DNA from: an uncultured Eubacteriales bacterium
Lineage (GTDB): Bacteria; Bacillota_I; Bacilli_A; RFN20; CAG-826
Length of the DNA: 64,000 bases
NCBI GenBank assembly: GCA_963652335.1
Contig: CAVJSS010000002.1
Coordinates: forward strand, 27,718-91,717
Reading direction: 5' to 3'
Each line of letters starts with the position of its first letter. The first letter of the stretch is position 1. Positions 54,254 through 63,995 of this stretch are shown piece by piece. Below the pieces are notes generated by a model. It was not told where the DNA came from. It did no database searches and saw nothing but the letters and a program-made list of their open reading frames with translations. Position numbers and translations under genes: made by a program.

Positions 54254-54286
54254 TATCACCAAAATTGTAGCACATTTTTGGTGATA
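54254..54286. promoter_or_regulatory. perfect 11-bp inverted repeat TATCACCAAAA-N11-TTTTGGTGATA upstream of fic
   Basis: Arms at 54254..54264 and 54276..54286, 24 nt upstream of the fic ATG. No flanking T-run, so an operator or 5'-UTR hairpin is more likely than a terminator. Confidence 0.4.
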
Positions 54287-54428
54287 ATGAAGATTATCGT
54301 AAATTTTAAAGCTAAATTTTGTTTTCCGCGAAATACTGCTTTTAATTTGAGAATGGTATCCTCCCGCTTAATTATACAGCCGTATTTAAAACGACGTTTG
54401 AATATGCGAAAATCAAAAAGAGGGCAAA

Positions 54429-54803
54429 ATGAAAAAATGTTCTAATTGCGGAATCGATGTGGCTGATGACACCATCGTTTGTCCAAATTGCGGTTCTTTG
54501 ATCAAAAATTCCAAAGAACTGATTGTTGAAAAGCTTGGTTTTGTTTTTTCAATAATCGCAATCATCGTAACTGCCGCCACATTGGCTCTGACTTTTGGCT
54601 TGGACTTGTCTTTCGGCATTTACGTTGGCAGCCCAGCTTTAGCATTCGGGATCGCCGGCCTTCTTTTTTCATCAATCTCTTTCAAAGCCAGAAGAACCAA
54701 GAAATCGATCGCGTCTCTTTCGTTGTCCATCATTTCGACGGTTGGATCGTTTGTTTGCTTAGATCTCGTTATTTTAGTTCTCTTTATTCTAAAGTCGATA
54801 TAA
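54429..54803 (+). CDS. zinc-ribbon / multi-TM small membrane protein, paralog 3
   Basis: MKKCSNCGIDVADDTIVCPNCGS followed by TM helices. The 3' end overlaps the MATE gene by 20 nt. Confidence 0.8.
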   Translation: MKKCSNCGIDVADDTIVCPNCGSLIKNSKELIVEKLGFVFSIIAIIVTAATLALTFGLDLSFGIYVGSPALAFGIAGLLFSSISFKARRTKKSIASLSLSIISTVGSFVCLDLVILVLFILKSI

Positions 54804-56190
54804 CTTTCGTATCTTCGTTTTTCTTTTTCCAAAAGCCATAGCCGTATTTCTTTTCGAAAGCCAACAAGAACACGATTACCAAAACAGAACAAACGAATTC
54901 CGCCCCGATCAAGGATGCCCAGATTCCATTGGCGCCCCATATAAGCGGCATCACAAACACGAACGCCACCTGGAAAACCAGAGTTCTCACGAACGCTATG
55001 ATGGCAGAGATAAGCCCATTCCCCAAAGCGGTGAAATAAGAAGATCCAAACATCGCGATTCCCATGAATGCGAATTGGAAGCTGGATATTCTAAATGCAT
55101 GGATGGTCAAATCATATAGGTTTTCGTCATATCCAACGAAAAGTTTGGCTAACGGTCCTGCCAATCCTTCGGATAAAGCCACCATCACCAAAGACGTTCC
55201 AGAGATGAATATCAGCGATTTAGCTAAAACAGAGCGCATTTCTGCTTTGTTTTTAGCTCCATAATGGAACGACGTTATTGGGGAAGCCGCGATTGAAAAT
55301 CCAGTGAAAACAGCTGAGAACACCGTCAATAAATAGGCAAGCACTCCATAGGCGGCAACGCCATCTTCGCCAATCAATTTCAAAAGCTGATGATTATATA
55401 AAATGGAAACGACTGACATGGCGATGTTGGTCAATAGTTCGGAAACACCGTTCGTGCAGACATTAAGCAGGGATTTGAAATCAGTTTTGTATTTGCAAAA
55501 CCTCAGCTTCGAAGAATTCTTTGTGCTGAAATAAACGATCGGTATCAAGGCTCCGACTACCATCGAAGCCAAGGTTGCGGCAGCAGCCCCTCTCAATCCC
55601 CAACCGAACGCCCCAACGAACAAGCCGTCCAATAAGATGTTCATGCATCCGGCGATAAGGGTGGTGATCATTCCGATGACAGGCTTTTCGGCTGCATTGA
55701 ATAATCCTTGGAATTCATATTGGAGCATGGCGAAAGGCATGGCGCCGAATAGCCACCTTCCGTAAATGACGGCATATTCAAGTGTTTCGCCTTTGGCTCC
55801 CATCAATTCCGCGATTTGAGGCGTGAAAGCAAATCCCAAGGCCCCGGTTATGATGCCGGTAACCAAAGTGGCGACGACGATCATCGTAAACACTTCGTTG
55901 GCTTTCTTGTTTTTGCCTTCCCCCAACAATTTTCCTATCAAGGCCGATCCACCGGTTCCGAACATGAATCCGAAACTGGTTATGATCATGATCGGCGGCC
56001 AAACAAGATTGATTGCAGTAAATGGGACTTTGCCTGCGTAATTGGAAACGAACAAGCCATCGACGACGGTATAGATGGACATGAAAACCATCATCAATAT
56101 CGATGGGAACACGAAGCGAAGCAATCTTCCGAACGTGAAGTGATCGCTAAGTTGGATTCTGTCTTTTTTCCTTTTTTTCGCCTGCTGCAT
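54784..56190 (-). CDS. MATE-family efflux transporter
   Basis: 468 aa with 12 TM spans. Start region FPSILMMVFMSIYTVVDGLFVSNY is typical of MATE/NorM-like proteins. Confidence 0.85.
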   Translation of the reverse strand: MQQAKKRKKDRIQLSDHFTFGRLLRFVFPSILMMVFMSIYTVVDGLFVSNYAGKVPFTAINLVWPPIMIITSFGFMFGTGGSALIGKLLGEGKNKKANEVFTMIVVATLVTGIITGALGFAFTPQIAELMGAKGETLEYAVIYGRWLFGAMPFAMLQYEFQGLFNAAEKPVIGMITTLIAGCMNILLDGLFVGAFGWGLRGAAAATLASMVVGALIPIVYFSTKNSSKLRFCKYKTDFKSLLNVCTNGVSELLTNIAMSVVSILYNHQLLKLIGEDGVAAYGVLAYLLTVFSAVFTGFSIAASPITSFHYGAKNKAEMRSVLAKSLIFISGTSLVMVALSEGLAGPLAKLFVGYDENLYDLTIHAFRISSFQFAFMGIAMFGSSYFTALGNGLISAIIAFVRTLVFQVAFVFVMPLIWGANGIWASLIGAEFVCSVLVIVFLLAFEKKYGYGFWKKKNEDTKVISTLE

Positions 56191-56238
56191 CGCTTGAAAT
56201 CATAACCGAATTAAATTATTAAGCAACCCCCAATCGGC

Positions 56239-56266
56239 TTGTATTAAAGAGACTCGCTAGTAAAAT
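56239..56266 (+). promoter_or_regulatory. promoter TTGTAT-16-TAAAAT, 9 nt before the ATG at 56276
   Basis: TTGTAT 56239..56244 and TAAAAT 56261..56266. No SD before the ATG. Confidence 0.5.
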
Positions 56267-56275
56267 ATCCGTGTT

Positions 56276-57391
56276 ATGAAACGAGTCAAAAAAGAAAAAA
56301 AAGACACGAAAACCAGACGATTCTTCATCGCGTTGAAAGACAAGGTGATGGTCACTTCAAATGGGATGGCGATCGGTTTGTTCGGTACTTTGATAATTGG
56401 AACCATTGTCGGCTTATTCGCCAAAATTCCAGGCGCTGAGATAATCGACACTTGGGCGGGATATATCAAGGGCTTGATGGGTGCCGGCATTGGCTTAGGC
56501 GTCGCCTTAGCCTTGAAAAAGAACGGCGTTGCGGTGGTCGCTGCAACGGTCGCCGGATTCATCGGAAATTATGCCTTTTCTTGGGCCACCAATCCAGAAA
56601 CCGGGAAGTTTGTCGGAATCTATTCGATAAGCGATCCTTTGTCTTGCTATGTCTCAGCTTGTTTGTCCATACTGGCGATCAAATACATAATGAGGAAGAA
56701 AACCCCGGTCGATCTTATTTTGATTCCTTTGGTAGGATGCGTCGTCTCTATCCTTTATAGTTTTTTGTTGGCTCATTGGATCCATTACATCACCATCGGC
56801 ATCGGAGAATTGATCAGGATATCGTTCAATGCGGTTCCGGCTTTGATGTGTATCATCATATCCGCTTTGGTAGGCATGGCTTTGACAGCTCCGATATCTT
56901 CGGTCGCCATTTGCGTGGCTATTCAAATAGGCAACGTTCCTTTGGCGGCAACTGCCGCATTGATTGGTTGCTGCACCCAAATGGTCGGTTTTGCCGTCCA
57001 TACGGCCAGAGATAACAAATGGGGTGCGATTTTGGCGGTCGGACTAGGAACTTCCATGCTCCAATTCAAAAACATAATCAAGAAGCCTTTGATTTGGGTT
57101 CCGACCATCGTCGTTTCGGCTGGTTTGGGTCCTCTTGCCATGTTGTTTCCAATAGAAGGTCAAACCTTTTCTGCCGCTGCTTTGTCGGTCGGGGCTGGAA
57201 TGGGGACCTCTGGATTGGTAGGGCCTTTGAATTTTCTCGGTGAATTCAATTACGATTGGAAAGTGATTTTGATGATCGTTGGTTTTTGCGTGGTCATTCC
57301 TGGTATCTTGGTGTTTCTGATTGATTTGTTATTTAGAAAATTGAAGTGGTTTGAAAAAGGCGACTTTTCCTTGAAGAATGACATTAATTAA
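56276..57391 (+). CDS. polytopic membrane protein, PTS EIIC-like (PTS_EIIC_2-type) permease
   Basis: About 10 TM spans. The N-terminal RRFFIALKDKVMVTSNGMAIGLFGTLIIGTIVG resembles stand-alone EIIC-like permeases as recalled. No EIIA/EIIB gene nearby. Confidence 0.5.
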   Translation: MKRVKKEKKDTKTRRFFIALKDKVMVTSNGMAIGLFGTLIIGTIVGLFAKIPGAEIIDTWAGYIKGLMGAGIGLGVALALKKNGVAVVAATVAGFIGNYAFSWATNPETGKFVGIYSISDPLSCYVSACLSILAIKYIMRKKTPVDLILIPLVGCVVSILYSFLLAHWIHYITIGIGELIRISFNAVPALMCIIISALVGMALTAPISSVAICVAIQIGNVPLAATAALIGCCTQMVGFAVHTARDNKWGAILAVGLGTSMLQFKNIIKKPLIWVPTIVVSAGLGPLAMLFPIEGQTFSAAALSVGAGMGTSGLVGPLNFLGEFNYDWKVILMIVGFCVVIPGILVFLIDLLFRKLKWFEKGDFSLKNDIN

Positions 57392-57475
57392 ACAAAGTCC
57401 GCTTATGCGTCTTTTTGAATATTCTTTCGATATTTTCTTTTGGTTTTGGATAAATATTCGATTATATTTAAGTGT

Positions 57476-58138
57476 ATGAAGAAAGAACCTGGCAAATTCT
57501 TGAAGGCTTTGCCGAACATCATAACTTCCATTCGTCTCATCGCTTCCGCGGTATTGATCCCTTTAAGCGTCACCGAACATATGGTGGCGTTTTATGTCAT
57601 TTATGGTTTATGTGGATTAACGGATCTTTTGGATGGGGTGATTGCCAGGAGCACGAATACCTGTTCTAAATTGGGCTCAAGGCTCGATAGCATAGCGGAT
57701 ATCGCTTTCTTGGGAGTCATGGCTTATAAATTCATCCCTATTTGCATCGATAAGCTGACGCTTGCCAATTGGATAGTCATCTGCGTTCCTACCTTTTTCC
57801 ATTTTTTATCCTATCTTGTGTGTTTGATCAGATTCAAAAAGCTAAGTTCTTTGCATACCTATGCCAACAAAATCATGTCGGCTCTGATCTTTTTGTTCCC
57901 ATTCACCTTGATTGGAGATTATTCCCCACTTTATACGAATTACGTTTACGCCGGCTCGGTATTCGCGATTTATTCGGGATTGGAATGTTTTCTTATCCAT
58001 TGTATCGCTAAACGTTACGATCCAAAAAACCAGACCATTTGGCTCTTGAAAAAGAACGAAAAAGAATATTACGCTTCCCATCCTGATGAATTGGAAGCTC
58101 TCAAAAATAGGAAAAAGAAGGAAATTCGCCCTGAATAA
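57476..58138 (+). CDS. CDP-alcohol phosphatidyltransferase family protein (PgsA-like)
   Basis: Signature DLLDGVIARSTNTCSKLGSRLDSIAD (DGxxAR...G...D...D). Start at ATG 57476. Confidence 0.8.
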   Translation: MKKEPGKFLKALPNIITSIRLIASAVLIPLSVTEHMVAFYVIYGLCGLTDLLDGVIARSTNTCSKLGSRLDSIADIAFLGVMAYKFIPICIDKLTLANWIVICVPTFFHFLSYLVCLIRFKKLSSLHTYANKIMSALIFLFPFTLIGDYSPLYTNYVYAGSVFAIYSGLECFLIHCIAKRYDPKNQTIWLLKKNEKEYYASHPDELEALKNRKKKEIRPE

Positions 58139-58151
58139 TAAAGACGTTCCC

Positions 58152-59946
58152 TCAATCGTCGGTTTTGTTGTTCACGATCCTTGATGGAATGATTTTCTTT
58201 AAGATCCGCATCGGTATCAAAGTGAATAAGATGAAAGATGCGATCAATGACAAACAGATGATTGCGAATATGTCGAAATGGAAATAGAAAATAACAAACG
58301 TTTTCAGTTTGATGCTCATCACGGACTCATACGAAGCGAAAGCCAGATAATTAGCTAGCTCAAAGAACGGATAAGCGAAGACACTGGTAAGCAGAAGCGA
58401 ACATGCCCCAAGGATTATGTTTTTCGAAAGGAACAAGGAAATTATGTCTTTGCCCTTCATCCCCAATGATTTGTAAACGCCTATTTGATATTTGGGTTTT
58501 TCACGTTCATCAAAGACGAAAGCAAGACCCATCCGATCAAGAGAATCGAAACGATGACCTCTATGGCGATGAACAAGTTCTTGAAAACATCTAACGTTTT
58601 GGTGATTGAAGAGAAAACCAAATTGTCTATCGTCCAAACGTTCAGCCCTTTATCGACGGCTTTTTGAACGGTACATAAGGCGTTAGAATCATATATAGGG
58701 ACCAGTTTGCCGATTTTATTTAGCTGCATGGAAATCAATTTGTCCAATGTCTTTTTGTTTATGATTGAAGATGATTTCGATCTTCCGACTATTTTCAAAG
58801 GCAAAACATCGACGGTGCCTCCGTCAACATCTTGGCCGGTTGTTTTTATGATGTAGCATGTCTCGCCAAGAGGATTGTCCTTCCCGGCGAGAATGGATAA
58901 TTTATCGTAAAAATCAGGATGGAGCGATATTGCATACTCATCATCATAAATCGGATCCAATTTGTTGCTGTCGGAAAGGATATACATATCGGTTAAGGAA
59001 AACTGCCTATCATCTAGAAAAGGGAAAGAATCCAAAGATATGAACATCCCGCCCAAATAAGCGACGCTTCTTGAGGTGCCTCCATTTCCTTTCATTAGTT
59101 CGTAAAAAGAAGGATTCAACGAATGTGAAAGCGTTAGCTCGCCGCTATAAACGGAAGAAAAATAATCGCTATAATCGTCAGACTTGGTCAGCTCGCTTAA
59201 TTTCGTGATAGGGAAGCCATCTTTTTTGATGCTTTCGTATTTTTTCAATATATTTGCGTATTTGACTTTATAATCGGTTTTGGCGATATTTGAGATAAGG
59301 GTGTATTTTTGTTGGAGAAATCGATGTTGTCCAAATATAGCCTGCTTGGTGAAAAGCTCAAAAACGATTGAATCAAGATGAGCAAGATCATCAATAAAGA
59401 ATGTCCGATCATCGAAAAACAAGATGTCTTTGGAGAAGAAAGGACATATTTTTAGAAAGATTCTTTTTCCTCTCCTTGTTTAAACTTACCGGCTTCGCAA
59501 TCGATGGAATCATTCTTTATATCAAGGGGCAATATGATGTTGTCTTTGGCCGTCAATTCATTTATTAACTTGTAATCTTGAAAGATGAAACCGCAATAGA
59601 CTGATCGATAATAATCGATCTCCTCTTTGGTGAAATCCTTCAATGGTTTTCCATCGATCGATATGTCGCCTTCACTGACGGAATCCAGAGACCCCAACAA
59701 ATTCAATAAGGTCGATTTCCCGCTGCCGGATTTCCCTAGAGCGTAAACAAAACCTTTATCAGGCAAGACGAAGCTAACGTCATTCAAGGCCAAACTTGTT
59801 CTTTTCGTTTTTGACACATAAGCCTTTTTGACGTTCTTTAATCCGATCATGGATTGAGAATTCCTAGAGTCAACGATTTTAAGTCCGTTCAGTCCTTTTA
59901 ACACACAAACATCGCTGTTGACTAGAATATAGTCAAGCGAAGCCAT
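58152..59946 (-). pseudogene. decayed fused ABC ATPase / FtsX-type permease (MacB-like) gene
   Basis: Three ORF pieces in three different frames (59452..59946, 58481..59422, 58152..58637). Piece 1 has Walker A GKSGSGKST and a Q-loop, but no LSGGQ signature or Walker B follows. Piece 3 is an FtsX C-terminal domain (IGVYKSLGMKGKDII...) that overlaps the end of piece 2 out of frame. Confidence 0.65.
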
Positions 59947-59954
59947 TCGCTTAA

Positions 59955-59980
59955 TAAAAAGCAGACCTTATTTGGCCTGC
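59955..59980 (-). terminator. intrinsic terminator of the SPFH operon
   Basis: On the minus strand, GCAGGCC-aaataag-GTCTGC followed by TTTTTATT. Confidence 0.65.
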
Positions 59981-59995
59981 TTTGGAATGTTTTCG

Positions 59996-60946
59996 TCAAT
60001 CCTTTTTGATTTCGGAGAAAACTTCGGCTATCGAAGCGATTCCGGACAAATTCTCCGGCAAGAAGATCTTGGTTGATTTGCCGTCGGCCACTTTTGCTAG
60101 GGTTTCGTAGTAACGGAGTTTCAACACTCCTTCATCGACATTGGCTTCCTTCAAATCGATGAGACCGGCTTTTTCGGCTTCTCGGATGGAACGGATGCCA
60201 TCAGCTTCAGCCTCTTTGACTTTGCGAACGGATTCAGCCTCGGCTTCCGCGGCTAGAATCTTGGCTTGTTTTTGAGCTTCGGCATTCAACAACATAGAAG
60301 CCTTTTCACCCTCGGCAACTAGGATCGCCGATTGTTTTTGCCCTTCGGCAAGAAGGATTTTTTCCCTCTTTTCTCGTTCGGCACGCATTTGACGTTCCAT
60401 GGCTTCTCTGATGTCTTTCGGAGGAAGTATGTTCTTTACTTCGACGCGATTGACTTTGATTCCCCAAGGATCGGTGGCTTCATCAAGGATTTTTCTCATC
60501 TTTTCGTTGATGATGTCCCTTGAAGTTAAAGTAGCGTCCAAATCCAATTCGCCGATTATGTTGCGGATCGTGGTTGCAGACAGATATTCGATGGCGGTTA
60601 TCGGATTATCGACCCCATAAGCGTAGAGTTTAGGGTCGGTGACTTGGAAGAAGATAACCGTGTCGATCTGCATCGTGACATTGTCTTTGGTGATGACTGA
60701 CTGAGGTTCGAAGTCCATGACTTGCTCTTTCATCGAAACGCGATAGGCGACGCGATCGATGAATGGGGCGATAAGATGGACGCCGACATTCAACGTGGTT
60801 TTATATGCCCCGAATCTTTCGACGATGTATTTATCCGTCTGACGGACGACTTTGAGGTTGGAGATGATGATTATAAAAACTAATAAGAGGACGGCTGCGA
60901 TGACGATTCCGGCAATCGCGCCGGCCGATAAAGCGGTAAGAATCAT
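59996..60946 (-). CDS. SPFH/band-7 (stomatin/prohibitin-like) membrane protein
   Basis: N-terminal TM, SPFH core (VVRQTDKYIVERFGAYK...DNVTMQIDTVIFFQV...), and a C-terminal A/E/K-rich coiled coil. Confidence 0.9.
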   Translation of the reverse strand: MILTALSAGAIAGIVIAAVLLLVFIIIISNLKVVRQTDKYIVERFGAYKTTLNVGVHLIAPFIDRVAYRVSMKEQVMDFEPQSVITKDNVTMQIDTVIFFQVTDPKLYAYGVDNPITAIEYLSATTIRNIIGELDLDATLTSRDIINEKMRKILDEATDPWGIKVNRVEVKNILPPKDIREAMERQMRAEREKREKILLAEGQKQSAILVAEGEKASMLLNAEAQKQAKILAAEAEAESVRKVKEAEADGIRSIREAEKAGLIDLKEANVDEGVLKLRYYETLAKVADGKSTKIFLPENLSGIASIAEVFSEIKKD

Positions 60947-60977
60947 GATTTTTTGTTGTTCCTTTCTTTTATAAAAT

Positions 60978-61412
60978 TCATTCTACTCTTGTTATTATCA
61001 ATTTGTTGCCGCTGATTCGAAGTACTTTGGCCCTTTCGCCAGCTTTTATCGTTTCGTTTTCGTTTGCGGCCAAAGCATGCCAAATTGAGCCTGATATTTT
61101 CATTTCTCCAGGCTTTGTGTCGGTGATATCTTCCAATGCCTCTCCGCATTCTCCAATCAACGAATCGGAATTGGAGGAAACGACGCCCTTTTTGGTGAAT
61201 TTTTTCATAAATGGCCTTAATGCCAGACAACAAATTATGGTAACGACGACGAATACTATCAATTGGATCCACCATTCGCACCCTGGGATGAACGATATGC
61301 CAAGTGAGACTAAGGCGCCGACGGAAAACCATATCGATATTAATCCTGGCCCTATGGCTTCGATAATGGCTCCAATGACCATGACAATCAGCCAAATGAT
61401 CCACATTTGCAT
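60978..61412 (-). CDS. NfeD-family membrane protein
   Basis: Three TM spans plus a C-terminal OB-like domain (GECGEALEDI...GEMKISGSIWHALA...GERAKVLRISGNKLII). Classic partner located upstream of an SPFH gene. Confidence 0.85.
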   Translation of the reverse strand: MQMWIIWLIVMVIGAIIEAIGPGLISIWFSVGALVSLGISFIPGCEWWIQLIVFVVVTIICCLALRPFMKKFTKKGVVSSNSDSLIGECGEALEDITDTKPGEMKISGSIWHALAANENETIKAGERAKVLRISGNKLIITRVE

Positions 61413-61780
61413 TATTGGTCACCCCCGCATCTTATTATGAGCTGAGAATCTTTCTCATTCCATGAAGTTGGATATTTCAGGACCTCATCGCCGAAATCTA
61501 TCCCCGTCATGTCGCTTAAGGCCTTCATTAGATCTCTCGAGGAAATCCTAGCGAATGTTTTGGCGATCTGTGGCTTTAGCAAACTCGATTCGTCGTAAAT
61601 CCCGTTTTCGCATTTATCTCTACTAAGAGATTCGATGACGATGTTCTTATTCGAATCCACGCCGACTTTGACTCTATAAGCGTACTCAAAAGGCTTAGAA
61701 GCAGATGAATTCAAACTTATGCAGTTCTTATTCAAAGAAGCGGTGCCATCTTTGCTTTTCAGACTGAACCACGTAATCAT
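61412..61780 (-). CDS. hypothetical 122-aa soluble protein, first gene of the NfeD-SPFH operon
   Basis: Start MITWFSLKSKDG at 61780 with an AAAGGGG SD. Its stop overlaps the nfeD ATG by 1 nt. No motif recognised. Confidence 0.6.
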   Translation of the reverse strand: MITWFSLKSKDGTASLNKNCISLNSSASKPFEYAYRVKVGVDSNKNIVIESLSRDKCENGIYDESSLLKPQIAKTFARISSRDLMKALSDMTGIDFGDEVLKYPTSWNEKDSQLIIRCGGDQ

Positions 61781-61802
61781 TCGAAGGCCCCCTTTCGTAA
61801 TT

Positions 61803-61831
61803 AATATACATTTTGATACTAAAAAATACAA
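61803..61831 (-). promoter_or_regulatory. promoter TTGTAT-17-TATATT for the unknown-nfeD-SPFH operon
   Basis: On the minus strand, TTGTAT (61831..61826) and TATATT (61808..61803). Confidence 0.5.
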
Positions 61832-61840
61832 ATAATATAC

Positions 61841-61866
61841 AAATAAAAAGAGGGCGAACCCCCTTT
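61841..61866 (-). terminator. hairpin plus T-run after hppA
   Basis: On the minus strand, AAAGGG-ggttcg-CCCTCTT followed by TTTATTTG. Confidence 0.5.
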
Positions 61867-61877
61867 AATAAGAATTG

Positions 61878-63995
61878 TTATTTTCCGATCAAACCCAAGA
61901 CCCCCTGCCCTTCGTTGATAAGATAGAACATCGGGACGAAGACCAATGAGACGATTGTCATAAGCTTAATGAGAATATTGATGGATGGGCCAGAGGTGTC
62001 CTTGAATGGATCGCCGACCGTGTCGCCAACGACCGCGGCTTTATGGGCATCGGTGCCCTTTAATCCATGGGCTTCAAACCACTTTTTGGCATTGTCCCAA
62101 GCTCCGCCGGAGTTAGACATGAATATGGCCAACAAAACGCCAGTCACCAAGGAACCAGCCAACAGCCCCGCCAATCCTTCGTATCCTAAGAAAATACCGA
62201 TTACCAGAGGAACGATGATAGCCAAGAGCCCAGGGATTATCATTTCTTTCAAAGAGGCTTTGGTTGAGATATCGACGCATTTTGCATAATCAGGCTTAAT
62301 TGTTCCTTCAAGAACTCCAGGCTCTTTGAACTGCCTTCTCACTTCGTCGATCATCTGGTTGGCGGCTTTTCCTACGCTAGCCATGGTCAAGGCAGAGAAT
62401 AGGAATGGCAGCATCCCGCCTATCAATAGGCCAACGATGACAAATGGGGAGGCCAAATTAAGTTTTGTTGTGATATCTACCCCTTTGGTCTCGGCGTTGA
62501 AAGCGAAGATGAAGGTAACGAATAAGGCCAATGAAGTAAGAGCTGCGCTGCCGATAGCGAACCCCTTGCCCATTGCGGCGGTGGTATTGCCTACCGAATC
62601 AAGTTCATCGGTGATCGCTCTGACCGATTCATCTTGACCGCTCATCTCGGCGATTCCGCCAGCATTATCGGCAATTGGGCCATAAGCATCAACAGCGATG
62701 GTGATGCCGGTGGTGCTAAGCATGCCGACTGCGGCCAAGGCGATGCCATAGACTCCAAAGGTGGTGTTCTTTGTTCCGCCACAAACGAAATAGGCAACCA
62801 AAATGGCAACGCAGATTAGGACAATCGGGAATAGCGTGGACATCATTCCGACCGATAAACCACCAATGATGTTGGTCGCGCTGCCAGTTTCGGATTGTTT
62901 GACTATCTTTTTGACATGGCGGTATTTGTCCGAAGTATATATTTCGGTGATAATGCCGATGACAACGCCTACCAATAAGCCGATGACTACCGAACAGAAA
63001 GTCTTATAAAAATCATGCCAGCCGAAATAGGCGACACTCAAAGCAGCTGAGCCAACCACAACGATGGCAGACGCGACATATGTTCCTATCTTCAATGCTT
63101 TGGAAGGATCGTTTTTGCCACGGACGAACAAAGATCCGATGATGGAAGCAACGATGCCAACGCCGGCTAAAAGAATAGGATAGATAACATAAGCGTTTGA
63201 AAATTCAGAACCGCCAGAAACAAGGTAAGCTCCTAACGAAACGGCGGATATTATCGCTCCAACGTAAGATTCGAATAAGTCGGCTCCCATGCCAGCGACA
63301 TCACCAACATTGTCGCCGACGTTATCGGCGATGGTGGCAGGGTTGCGTGGATCGTCTTCTGGAATGCCAGCTTCAACCTTCCCAACCAAATCAGCTCCAA
63401 CGTCGGCGGCTTTGGTATAAATACCGCCGCCGACTCTGGAGAATAGGGCTATGGAGCTAGCCCCCAATCCGAAACCGGTAATTATATTGGAGGTAGTAAT
63501 TAATTCCGGTTCCGCCCATTGAAAAATGGCAAATAATGCAGAAAGTCCGCCCAATCCAAGCCCAACGACGCATAATCCCATGATTGCGCCGCCAGAGAAA
63601 GCGACTTTCAAAGCGGCGTTCATTCCGCCTTTTCTGGCTGCTTCCGCCGTTTTTGCATTGGCGTTGGTAGCAGAACGCATGCCGATGAATCCGGCTAGGG
63701 CAGACAAAACCGCTCCGCCTAAGAAACATAAGGCCGTTTGCCAATTGACCCCAAAACAAATGGCAATGAAAAGAACGACGGTAAATATGGCCAATGTAAC
63801 GTACTCACGTTTTAAGAAAGCCATTGCGCCTTCGCGGATATATTTTTGGATCTCGATCATTTTAGGATCGCTAAGATCGGCCTTCTTAACTCTTCCGCGG
63901 AGAACGACCAAAGCATAAATCAAGCCGATTATCGATACGCCAGTCACGATCAAAACGACCAAATTGCTTTGGAAGAAATTAGTGAGAAAACCCAT
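61878..63995 (-). CDS. hppA: membrane-bound ion-translocating pyrophosphatase
   Basis: 705 aa with about 16 TM spans. Motifs [58 protein letters not shown] and AWDNAKK. Confidence 0.95.
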   Translation of the reverse strand: MGFLTNFFQSNLVVLIVTGVSIIGLIYALVVLRGRVKKADLSDPKMIEIQKYIREGAMAFLKREYVTLAIFTVVLFIAICFGVNWQTALCFLGGAVLSALAGFIGMRSATNANAKTAEAARKGGMNAALKVAFSGGAIMGLCVVGLGLGGLSALFAIFQWAEPELITTSNIITGFGLGASSIALFSRVGGGIYTKAADVGADLVGKVEAGIPEDDPRNPATIADNVGDNVGDVAGMGADLFESYVGAIISAVSLGAYLVSGGSEFSNAYVIYPILLAGVGIVASIIGSLFVRGKNDPSKALKIGTYVASAIVVVGSAALSVAYFGWHDFYKTFCSVVIGLLVGVVIGIITEIYTSDKYRHVKKIVKQSETGSATNIIGGLSVGMMSTLFPIVLICVAILVAYFVCGGTKNTTFGVYGIALAAVGMLSTTGITIAVDAYGPIADNAGGIAEMSGQDESVRAITDELDSVGNTTAAMGKGFAIGSAALTSLALFVTFIFAFNAETKGVDITTKLNLASPFVIVGLLIGGMLPFLFSALTMASVGKAANQMIDEVRRQFKEPGVLEGTIKPDYAKCVDISTKASLKEMIIPGLLAIIVPLVIGIFLGYEGLAGLLAGSLVTGVLLAIFMSNSGGAWDNAKKWFEAHGLKGTDAHKAAVVGDTVGDPFKDTSGPSINILIKLMTIVSLVFVPMFYLINEGQGVLGLIGK

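Noticed and set aside
43964-56190. Prophage or integrative element spanning the accessory stretch next to tRNA-Ala.
   Set aside because: No integrase, recombinase, transposase, phage structural gene or duplicated tRNA 3' end was found. The stretch is treated as a patchwork of accessory genes only.
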